Positions 1 to 10,010 of a DNA stretch of 64,000 bases are shown here, in pieces. Positions within the stretch are counted from its first letter, which is position 1. The number at the start of each line of letters is the position of its first letter. Below the pieces are notes generated by a model. It worked only from the letters and a program-made list of their open reading frames with translations. It did no database searches and was not told the DNA's origin. The DNA is taken from NCBI GenBank assembly GCA_009914755.4, contig CP068257.2, forward strand, positions 18,784,001-18,848,000. The letters run 5' to 3'. The DNA comes from the human T2T-CHM13v2.0 reference genome, Homo sapiens. The position numbers were made by a program, and so were the translations under genes.

Positions 1-1299
1 GGCTTTTCCTAGTATATGCTGACTAGGCCCCTTTCTTCCATTAGCAGGACCAGAACTAATTTTACTTAACCCTCATTAATAATCTGATGACCAAGAAAAG
101 AAGAATGGATAGATCTCTAAAAAGTGGTGGGCTCTATTATCAAGGAGGAGGTATGTAATTATGCTACATAAGGGGTAAGATTCAGACTTATATGAAAAGA
201 ATGAGGCACTTCTTCAGGCCCAGGGAGTTCTGGAGATCTGGGGTTTTGTTGTTGTCAAGGACATTGACTCAGAAGTTCCCCACTCCAACTCTGAAATTGT
301 GTATCATCCCAATCGGTGTTCTTATCTGAATTGCAGAATTAAAAAAAAAAAAAAACCCTACAGAAAGAGCGGAATTATTAGGTTGAGAACCCAACATGTC
401 CTGGAAATATTCCACACTTATAATTAAATTTTGTGCCTTATTTTAAAGTTTCTGCCCTTTAAGTACCAAAGATAAATATCTTTTTCAAGGCAGCCTTCTC
501 ACTTTCACAGTCACTTAAACTTTGATTAACAATGTCAGTTTCTCCTTATCTTTCTCCAATATATATTTGTAGGACTTAATAATAGCCATCTGATACCACA
601 GTCCTTATGACTGCCAATTCCCACCACAGCTCACAACTCTTCTGAGCTATTGCACAATTCAGTTCATTTCATTCCGTCGGTATCACATCTGAATTCCTCA
701 GTAGTCAATTGTAGTACAGCTGTAGTGAGGGGCTATCACTACTCCATGTGCCTCCAATTCTCTGGTCCTCATGGCCCATCAGCCAGCAAGTAAGTGATCC
801 AGTTTCAAAAATTACCTCTTTAAAGATCATCTCCCAATACAGTCACAGTCTGAGGTCTTAGGACTTCAACATATAAATTTTGGTGAAATACATTACTTCT
901 CCAAATGTGGCTCACTCAAATGTAGGCTTATCTATATATTATTTCCTGGGTTTAACTCTCCCAGTCTTTCAGGTTTGGAATGGAATTCCATTCTCACTTT
1001 CCTTATATTTGTAAAATTGAATTAAATGGCTTTCAATTGAATTCCCACTGCATTCTTACCATTCATGCCGTAAAACTTTTCAGATGTTATTTAATTATTT
1101 TCATACTCATTTACTTCCCTGTTATACTGTAAATTCCAAAGGGAAAGAACTGTTATCTTATTTACTATCAAAGCCTCAGGACCTAACACAGTACCTAACA
1201 TCTATTAGAATCACCATAAATAATTTGATCATATCTTTTTATTGCATTATTAATGACTTGAAGGCAGAGTGTGTGCATTGTTCAACATTGAATCGCAAA

Positions 1300-1661
1300 T
1301 ACTGTGTTAGCCAATTTTCATAATGCTATGAAGAAATACCCAAGACTGAGTAATTTATAAGAAAAATAGGTTAATGAACTCAAAGTTCCACATGGCTAGG
1401 GAGGCTCACAGTCATGGCAGAAAGCAAAGGAGGAGCAAAGGCACATCTTGCATGGTGGCAGGCAAGAGAGTGTGTGCAGGGGAACTGCCCTTTGTAAAAC
1501 CATTAGATCTCAGAGATTTATTTACTCTCATGACAACAGGATGGGAAAATCTCCTCCCATGATTCAGTTATCTCCCACCAGATACCTCCCATGATACGTG
1601 GGGATTATGGGAGCTACAATTAAAAATGAGATTTGATTGGTGACACAACCAAACCATATCA
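1300..1661 (-). mobile_element. Solo LTR of the ERVL-MaLR THE1/MST family in reverse-complement orientation
   Basis: The reverse complement matches the THE1-type LTR consensus along its length. It starts TGATATGGTTTGG...CCCATAATCCCCACGT..., continues ...CATGGGAGGAGATTT..ATGGTTTTACAAAGGGCAGTTCCCCTGCACA...GCCATGACTGTGAGCCTCCC, and ends ...TTATAAATTACTCAGTCTTGGG. ORF 1374..1562 lies inside it and is spurious. Confidence 0.8.
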
Positions 1662-2166
1662 CATAGCATCCAAAACAATTCCTATTTACCCAATGGTAAG
1701 TATATAACAATTGTTTATTCAGATTTACTTAACTGATTGCTTAAAATATTTTGTCAATTTATGGAACATCTACAGAAATTTGATTGCTTCAGGGATATAG
1801 TCATTAATTCACTTTACTTGTGTACTTTTTTATAAGTTCTGATTATGCTTAATTTTGTTTTCAAAAATGGGTCTTAAATGCTAGGTGTGTGAAAGAGTTG
1901 AATTTCATAAAACATTTCTCAGTGTCAATCTTTTAATATTAATTATTTTCCTCAAACTAGTGTAATAAACCTTAATAAACTATTTGTATAAGGAACTTTT
2001 TTTCATTAAATTTTACTGAGTTTAAAAAAGCACTTTAAAGGATTTTTTTGAAAGAGTAACATAGTACACCTAAAAAGTTATTTATAATACAATAAAATAA
2101 GATATCCAGGAAAGCTGGAAGAAAGGAAGTAACTGGAAATATGGGAACAAATATCTTTGAGCATCA

Positions 2167-3485
2167 TTTTTTTTTTAACCTCTGAACTTTTTATTGGCCT
2201 CCTGCTCCCCAAAGGTACTCTGCTTCTGCTGGCTTAATGTCTGAGAACTTCGGTGTCATTGGTCCCAGACACCACTTTGCCATCCACTGTCTGGCAGGTG
2301 GCAGTCTTTTGGATGGTTTGCATAGAGTTGCTGCTGTCCAGGGCATTACCAAGATTGAAGTCCTCACCATCTTCCAGCAGGGGGTGGTAGGTGGCGATCT
2401 CAGCCTCCAGCTTGACCTTATGTTCAGCAGCGCCTCCTACTCCTGGGCCTGGTGCTGCCCCTCTGCCCAGGTCTGTGGCAACTCGGACTCCAGGTGCATC
2501 AGGGTCCCATTGGGCTGCTCCATTTGCAGGGCATAGCTGGCCTCCACCTCCTTCAGGCTGTTCTCCAAGCTGGCCTTCAGATTTCTCATCGAGTACAGGT
2601 CGATCTCCAAGGACTGAACTGTATGTCTCATCCCCATGAGTATCATCTCAGCAGCTCCAACCTCGATGAACTGTGTGGTGACCACTGTGGTACTCTCCTC
2701 AATCAGCCGAGACTAGTATTTGTCCAGCTCCTCTCGGTTTTTCCGAGCCAGCTCATCGTATTGGGCCTGGATGTCTGCCATGATCTTGGTGAGGTCCTGC
2801 AATTTGAGGGCATCTACTTCCACGGTCAACCCAGAGCTGGCAATCTGGGCTTGTAGGCCTTTTACTTCCACTTCGTGGTTCTTCTTCATGAAGAGCAGCT
2901 CCTCCTTGAGAGCTTCCATCTCTGTCTCCAGCTGCAGTTGAGTGACATTGGTGTCATCAGCGATCTTGTGGAGCCCATGGATGTTGCTCTCCACAGACTG
3001 GTGCATGGCCAGCTCTGACTCATACGTGACTCTAAAGTCATTAGCAGCAATACGGGCATTGTCGATCTGCAGAACGATGCAGGAACTATCCACAGTATTT
3101 GCGAAGATATGAGCACTCAGGTCCTCGATGGTCTTGAAGTAATGGTCCCAGTCTCTGACCTGGGGTCCCTTCTTCTCCAGGGGCTCCCGGATTTTGCTCT
3201 CCAGCTTCCAGTTCTCCGTCTCCAGGCTCCTCACTCTGTCCAGGTAGGAGGCCAGCCAGTTGTTCAGGCTTTGCATCGTCTCCGCATTCTGGATGCCTCC
3301 CATTCCAGCCAGAACCCCGGCCATTCAGGCAGCCAGGACCCCGGACCCCAAACCGACCCGGAAGCTGGTGGAGCAGGACACCAAGATCCGGGAACCAGAG
3401 ACTCGGTGCCTGCGTAGATGGTGGAGAAGGTGGAGCGAGTGGTGAAGCTCATGCTGTCTGGGAGGAGAGAGAGAGGAGAGGACTC
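2167..3485 (-). pseudogene. KRT18P: Processed (retrotransposed) pseudogene of keratin 18 (type I keratin). It is intronless, has a 3' poly-A tail, and carries internal deletions and frameshifts.
   Basis: The minus-strand translation gives MSFTTRSTFST... (ORF 3264..3452), then a 203-aa in-frame segment (ORF 2713..3324), then ORF 2437..2685. The 203-aa segment reads ...LAGMGGIQNAETMQSLNNWLASYLDRVRSLETENWKLESKIRE...LFMKKNHEVEVKGLQAQIASSGLTVEVDA...ADIQAQYDELARKNREELDKY. ORF 2437..2685 reads ...TVQSLEIDLYSMRNLKASLENSLKEVEASYALQMEQ.... Together these are colinear with KRT18 head, coil 1A/1B and coil 2 in one continuous genomic stretch with no introns. The C-terminus ...DTEVLRH* is followed by a 3' UTR with an AATAAA signal and a poly-A tract. 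The tract is a poly-T on the plus strand at 2167-2176. About 70 bp of the head domain is deleted and there are at least two frameshifts. Confidence 0.9.
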
Positions 3486-4000
3486 AGGCTTTTTTGAGCA
3501 TCATTCTAAGAAATTAATCACAGAAATTAAAAAGTAGGAAGAATTTAAATAAAAACCTAAATTAATATGCTAATTTTAGACATGAATGTATGAATTAGAA
3601 AAATGTAAATATTTTCTCCTCTGAGCCACAGGTTTCATAACAGCAGCAAATCATACCCTCATATGTTTTCTATAACCCTATGTTCTCAAACAAAATAAAT
3701 CTTGTTTTAAATACTTGAACCCCATATGTATTTATAAGACAATGCAAATCCATATCACCTTTTAGAAAATAGTTTGTTCAAAGCCTCATATTGAACACTT
3801 CTTGACAGGTAAAAATCCTGTAAAAATGAGATTTAAAACAAAGTGCAATAGATACTCCATTGGAAAGACATAAATGACATGGTGTAAAGGGAAAAGGTTA
3901 GTAAAATAATTCCTATTAACTCTCAGAAGTTTTATCTTTATTTTTAAAACACAGAGTATGAGCATCTAGATTAACGTAAGTAAAAAAAAAAAAACAAAAA

Positions 4001-4200
4001 GCATAGCAAATGGTTGCTTAATAGAGTCTATTGACAAAAAGAAAAGATGCATGGAATGTCAATTATTAATAATAATAGAAGATATATATGCATAGCAATA
4101 TAATATTGCAATTGCATAGCAAATGGTTGTTTAATAGAGTCTATTGACAAAAATAAAAGGTGCATGGAATGTCAATTATTAATAATAATAGAAGATATAT
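4001..4200. repeat. Tandem duplication of a unit of about 113 bp (two copies, about 90% identical)
   Basis: GCATAGCAAATGGTTG(C/T)TTAATAGAGTCTATTGACAAAAA..AAAAG(A/G)TGCATGGAATGTCAATTATTAATAATAATAGAAGATATAT occurs at 4001-4087 and again at 4114-4200. Confidence 0.85.
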
Positions 4201-4627
4201 TATATTGCATTGTTTTTAATCCTTTACCAATTTTATGGTACTTCTGACATAATGATCTCCTATTTGAGTCACAGTCTAATGAGGCAAATGGGCCAATTAA
4301 TATAACCATTTTTATACATTTAGACTCAAGCTCAGAGCTTTTGTGATTTGTCCAAATTTACCCAGGTAAACTGCCTCTAGTCAAAGTCACCAATGAATTC
4401 TGCATTGCTAAACCGTTGGTTAGTTCTCCATCCCAGTCTCACTTGACCTAGAAGAAGTATTTACCACAACTCATTATTACTCCCATATCTTTGACGCACC
4501 ACTTTTATCAGCCTAGACAGCACTTACTTTTCATTTTATTCCTTCCCCACTAGCTGCTACCCCTTCTCATTCTTTTGGTTGCTTTTTCCTCTCTTTCTGA
4601 CTTCTTAATATCAAATGCCCCTGACTT

Positions 4628-5047
4628 AGTCTGTTTTGTGTTGCTAAAAGGGATATAGGGGCTGAGTAATTTATTAAGAAAAAAAAATGTTGTTTATTTG
4701 GCTTGCAATTGTGATGTCTGAAAAAGTTAAAGATTGGGCATCTGGTAAGCGCATCAGGCTGCTTCCACTTATGGCAAAAAGAGAAGGGGAGCCAGCATGT
4801 GCAGAGATCACATGTGGAGAGAGGAAGCAAGAGAGAGACGCAAATGCTGCCAGAACTTTTTAACAACCTGTTTTCCTGGGAACTAATAGAGTGAGAACTC
4901 ACCCTTAAGGAAGGGCATTAATTTATTCATGAGGGATCTGCCCCCATGACCCAAATACCTCCCACTAAGCCCCACCTACCAACACCAACACGTTGGGCTT
5001 AAATTTCAACATGGAGTTTGTAGGGAACAAACATCTAAACTATAGCA
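4628..5047 (-). mobile_element. Solo LTR of the ERVL-MaLR MST family (MSTA/MSTB-like) in reverse-complement orientation
   Basis: The plus strand reads GTCTGTTTTGTGTTGCTAAAAGG..GCTGAGTAATTTATTAAGAAAA...TTATTTGGCTTGCAATT.......CATGAGGGATCTGCCCCCATGACCCAAATACCTCCCAC..CCCCACCT..AACACC...ATTTCAACATGGAGTTTG.AGGGAACAAACATCTAAACTATAGCA. This is the reverse complement of an MST-type LTR (TGATATAGTTTGG...CTAATACA). The first roughly 12 bp are missing. Confidence 0.7.
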
Positions 5048-6129
5048 GCCCCCTTTGCTTCCTCTGACATACTCACTCCCTTATTGATTTCATTCTGCTT
5101 CCTCACTAAAAGTACCAATCATATCGCTCTAAAATGTACCTCTCTAACTGAATTTTCCTCTTATACTCTGGATTTATATATTTGACTACCTATACAATAT
5201 ATCCATCTGGGTATCCTATAGACATCTCAGGTTACACATGCCCAGACCTGAATTCCTGATTGCCTTCCCAAGATCTTTTGTACCTGTTTGCTTTGTCATC
5301 ACTATAGATGGGTAATCTACCTTTTAATCAGGCAGCAGATCCTATGAGACGAGGGGTGAGATTTGATCATTGGCTTTAGTAATGTACAAGTCATTGCTGA
5401 ATTTGACAAGAGGTAATTTACTTATGCAAATGCATGAGTTACAATATCACTAAACTTCTGTTAGAGAATATATAAAAATATTTTAAAGTACTGCTAAACC
5501 TTGTTACTTCCACTCCTCACACCCTGGTCAAAGCCACATCATCTCTCACCTGGATTATTGCAGTAAACTCTCTCTTATTAATTTAGTATTCTGCTTCTAC
5601 ATTTGTTGATCCTCCACCTAGGCTATAGATGCTCCTCAATTTACAATGGGGTTGTGTCCCAATATGCATATTGTAAGGTGAAAATCTCATAAATTAAAAA
5701 AAAACACGTTTAACACACTTAGCCTATGAAACATCATAGCTTAGCCTAGTCTACCTTAAATGTGCTCAAAATGCTTACATTACCAGTTAGGCAAAATCAT
5801 CTAACACAAAGTCTATTTTAAAATAAAATGTTAACTATCTCATGTAATTTATTGAACACTAAACTGAAAGTGAAAAACGGAATCGTTGTATAAGTACTCA
5901 CCATTAATGTACAGAGTTGAAAGCATGTTGGGCCTGAAGAACATCTGAGGTATTGAATTAAAATTAATTGCAGGTTGCAGAGGATGCTACAGTGACAGGA
6001 TCATCAATCTCTGTCTCTTCTGATGAGGCTCAAGAATAGCATGCAGAGGCACTGGAACATCCACACTTGTGGATGGTTTAACAGGAATAGTGTTCTTCAA
6101 AATTATTTTAAGTATTGGTTGTTTACCCT

Positions 6130-6531
6130 TGTATTAGTCCATTTTCATGCTGCTGATAAAGACATACCTGAGACTGGGCAATTTACAAAAGAAAGTTTAA
6201 TTGGATTTACAGTTCCACGTGGCTGGGGAACCTTCACAATCATGGTGGAAGGCAAGGAAGAGCAAGTCCCACCTTACATGGACGACAGCAGGCAAAGAGA
6301 GAATGAAGAAGATGCAAAAGTGGAAACCCCTGATAAAACCATCAGATCTCATGAGACTTATTCATGACCATGAGAACAGTATGGGGGACCACCCGCCCCC
6401 CATGCCATGATTCAATTATCTCCCAGTAGGTCCCTCCCATATCTCCCAGCAGGTCCCTCCCACAACACCTGGGAATTATGGGAGTACAATTCAAGATGAG
6501 ATTTGGGTGGGGACACAGCCAAACCATATCA
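6130..6531 (-). mobile_element. THE1/MST-type LTR, read as the 3' LTR of a minus-orientation MaLR element
   Basis: The plus strand reads TGTATTAGTCCATTTTCATGCTGCTGATAAAGACATACCTGAGACTGGG...CCACGTGGCTGGGGA...CATGGTGGAAGGCAAGGAAGAGCAAG...GGGAATTATGGGAGTACAATTCAAGATGAGATTTGGGTGGGGACACAGCCAAACCATATCA. This is the full-length reverse complement of the THE1 LTR. Confidence 0.85.
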
Positions 6532-6883
6532 TTATGTCCCTGGCCCCTGCCAAATTTCATGTCCTCACATTTTAAACCAATCATGCTATTCAAACAGTCC
6601 CCCAAAGTCTTAGCTCATTTCAGCATTAACTCAAAAGTCCACAGTCCAAAGTCTCATATGAGACAAGGCAAGTCCCTTCAACCTATGAGCCTTTAAAATC
6701 AAAAGCAAGCTAGTTATTTCCTAGATAAAATGAGGGTACAGACATTGGGTAAATACAACCATTTCAAATGGGAGAAATTGGCCATAACAAAGAGGCTACA
6801 GGGCCCATGCAAATCCGAAATCCAGCAGGGCAGTCAAGTTTTAAAACTCCAGAATGACCAGAGAGAAATAACCAGTGCAAAAA
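6532..6883 (-). mobile_element. MaLR internal region, 3' end including the polypurine tract, reverse complement; continuous with the LTR at 6130-6531
   Basis: TTATGTCCCTGGCCCCTGCCAAATTTCATGTCCTCACATTTTAAACCAATCATGC...AAGTCCACAGTCCAAAGTCTCAT...GGGAGAAATTGGCCA... is typical THE1/MST-int antisense sequence. Its reverse complement begins purine-rich (GGCAGGGGCCAGGGACATAA), which is PPT-like, immediately next to the LTR. Confidence 0.7.
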
Positions 6884-7137
6884 TCCTGTTCTCATGGTCG
6901 TGAGTAAGTCTTATAAGATCTCATGGTTTTATTAGTGGTTTCCACTTTTGCATCTTCCTCATTCTGTCTTTGCCTGCTGCCATCTCTGTAAGATGGAAAT
7001 CGCTCCTCCCTGTCTTGTGCAATGATTGCAAGGCTTCCCCAGCCTTGGAACTGTTAAGTCCAGTTAAACCTCTTTATTTTGTAAATTGCGCAGTCTTGGG
7101 TACGTCTTTATCAGCAGCATAAAAATGGACTAATACA
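6884..7137 (+). mobile_element. Partial THE1/MST-type LTR (3' portion of about 250 bp) in plus orientation, acting as the 5' LTR of a plus-orientation element
   Basis: CCTGTTCTCATGGTCGTGAGTAAGTCTTATAAGATCTCATGGTTTTATTAGTGG......TTAAACCTCTTTATTTTGTAAATTGCGCAGTCTTGGGTACGTCTTTATCAGCAGCATAAAAATGGACTAATACA is the sense THE1 LTR 3' half and ends with the canonical ...CTAATACA. Confidence 0.8.
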
Positions 7138-7653
7138 ATTAATTCATGTCGGGAGTGGCGCACTGCTGAGAAGATACCCAAAAATGTGGAAGCGACTTTG
7201 GAACTGGGTAACAGGCAGAGGTTGGAATGGTTTGGAGGATTCAGAAGACAGGAAAATGTGTGAAAGTTTGGAACTTCCTAGAGACTTGTTGAATGGCTTT
7301 GCCCAAAATACTGATAGCGATATGGACTATAAGGTTCAGGTAGAGGTGGTCTCAGATGGAGATGAGGAACTTGTTGGGAACTGGAACTAAGGTGACTCTT
7401 GTTATGTTTTAGCAAAGAGACTAGCGGCATTTTGCCCCTGACCTAGAGATCTATGCAGGGTCTCTAGGGAGAGAGACGCTAGAGGGTCTCTTGAACTTGA
7501 GGGAGATGATTTAGGGTGTCTGGTGGAAGAAATTTCTAAGCAACAAAGCATTCAAGCAGTGACTTTGGTGCTGTTAAAAGCATTGAGTTTTAGAAGGGAA
7601 ACAGAGAATAAAAGTTTGAAAAATTTACAGCCTGACAATGGCTCCAGAAAATT
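7138..7653 (+). mobile_element. MaLR internal region (5' part, beginning at the PBS side) in plus orientation
   Basis: ...GCTGAGAAGATACCCAAAAATGTGGAAGCGACTTTGGAACTGGGTAACAGGCAGAGGTTGGAA...GATGAGGAACTTGTTGGGAACTGGA...TTTAGCAAAGAGACT.GCGGCATTTTGCCCCTG... is THE1/MST-int sense, directly continuing from the LTR at 6884-7137. ORF 7184..7390 is inside it. Confidence 0.75.
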
Positions 7654-8039
7654 TATTGTTTTAATTTTTAACTTTTTTGACCATCACAAATAGGACTTTT
7701 TATTTGACACTATTGTAAGTCTGAACTTTAAACACATTCTTGGACTGGTGGTTTATATTCATCAGCTTATACATCTTTAGCACCTGTCTCATCCCCAGTG
7801 GCTTTTCCAGAGCTACTACCTTTACCCAATTCAGACTAGGGCTTCTTCAGCATTTTTACTTTTCTAATGAGAACATCATAAAGGGGATAAATAGACTGGC
7901 AAGGCTTTTCTATGTTTTTCCAGTGCTGCCTGGAATCAATTTATGAACCCCTTCTTTCAAAGCATTTGTCAGCACCTCTCCTTGGGTCATGATTTTCATC
8001 ATCTTCTTCTGGATTTGGTGTACCTGTTGGTGCTGAGCA

Positions 8040-8583
<544 letters not shown>

Positions 8584-8935
8584 GTGTATATATATAAAAT
8601 ATATAAATATATATAAATATATAACATATATTAATATATTATATAATATATAAACATATTATATAATATAATATAGATTATATATTAAATAATATATTAA
8701 TATATTACATAATACATTATATTATATAATATATTATATATTATTATTAATTATATAATATATTAATATATTATATAATTAATAATAATATATAATATAA
8801 TATATTAATAGATGTGCAATATAATATATTAATATATGTGCAATCTAATACATATATGTAATATAAGTATAATATATAATATAATATATATTATGTAATA
8901 TAATACATATATACATATATGTATATACATCTCCT
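8584..8935. repeat. AT-rich simple repeat, (TATAA)/(TAATA)/(TA)n-like, about 350 bp
   Basis: TATATATAAAATATATAAATATATATAAATATATAACATATATTAATATATTATATAATATATAA.... It sits where the upstream Alu would have its A-tail. Confidence 0.9.
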
Positions 8936-10010
8936 TTACTCACATATTGCCATTCTCAATTAGCCCTATCCTGAAATTTTCATCTCCCTTCCCTTTTTAA
9001 TTATTACCCATATGCCTATCATGTTCTAACACACTGGATCCTTTATTTATTTCTTCATTTATTGGCTTATCGTCCATCCATTATAATATGAGCTCTACGA
9101 AAACACACATTTTTGCTTGTTTCGTACAGTGTAGCAATCCCAGTGCCCTATAACAACTTCTGGTATGGTAGGTGAATGAATGAGTAATAAATGGCAGAGT
9201 GGTTGTATAAAAAGAAACAGAATAACAGAAAGATGAAAAATATATTTTATTCAGCAACTAAAGAAACTATGAAGTCTAGAATAGAATAAAAGCAGATAAG
9301 ATAGTTATTTGTTCATCAATCATCTGCAGTAGAGATAGAGGGTATGATAAGATGCTGGAATGAGTTATACATAATAGTTAAAAGTTAAAGGCAGTACTCA
9401 CCGACTATTAGATAAAAATTGGCACATCTATAGAAAAGGAAAGAGTCATGTGTTATACTGGGTTAAATGATACAAACAGAAACTAGGATGACATCTTAAG
9501 AATTTAAGAAACAAAAGAAAATATAGATAAAGCCAAAAGGCTAATGTTTAAATGTACTTATCAGAGGGTGATATAAGGTATGAATTTATAATTATTAGAG
9601 AAAAAACTGTCAGGCAAATAAAGTACACAACACATAATGATTAATAATTGAGAACAAAATACAATAAACAAGTGGATAAGTAGAACAACAATTTTTTTTT
9701 CATACTTAAGAAGACAGAAGATAGTACTGGTTATTTCATTATTTTCTTCCAGGAAAAAGAAACTAGTTTCATGTTTGAAACTTAGAAAGTTACATCTTAA
9801 TGGAAAAGATGGCTCTGTCAATGAAGCTCATTAACAAAGCACCTGAAATACTAAAAAGCCAAGTACAAATGTTATGGTTGCTTTCACAAATTATGCGAAT
9901 AAATACTCAGAAGCCAAAAGAAAGCAGATAGGGTACGTAATGTCTTGGGAAAGAAAAAACATGCTTAATTATCTTGCAATACATTTTTTGTTAATAATTA
10001 AGAAGAAAGT

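Noticed and set aside
2713-3324. A 203-aa ORF on the minus strand, the longest in the track, which could be read as a bona fide protein-coding gene
   Set aside because: It is one fragment of an intronless, polyadenylated KRT18 retrocopy. The adjacent keratin segments (MSFTTRSTFST... at 3264..3452 and coil 2 at 2437..2685) are in other frames, the head domain carries a deletion, and the overlapping plus-strand ORFs (2237..2536, 2452..2856 and 3109..3417) are antisense artefacts. It is a pseudogene and not a gene.
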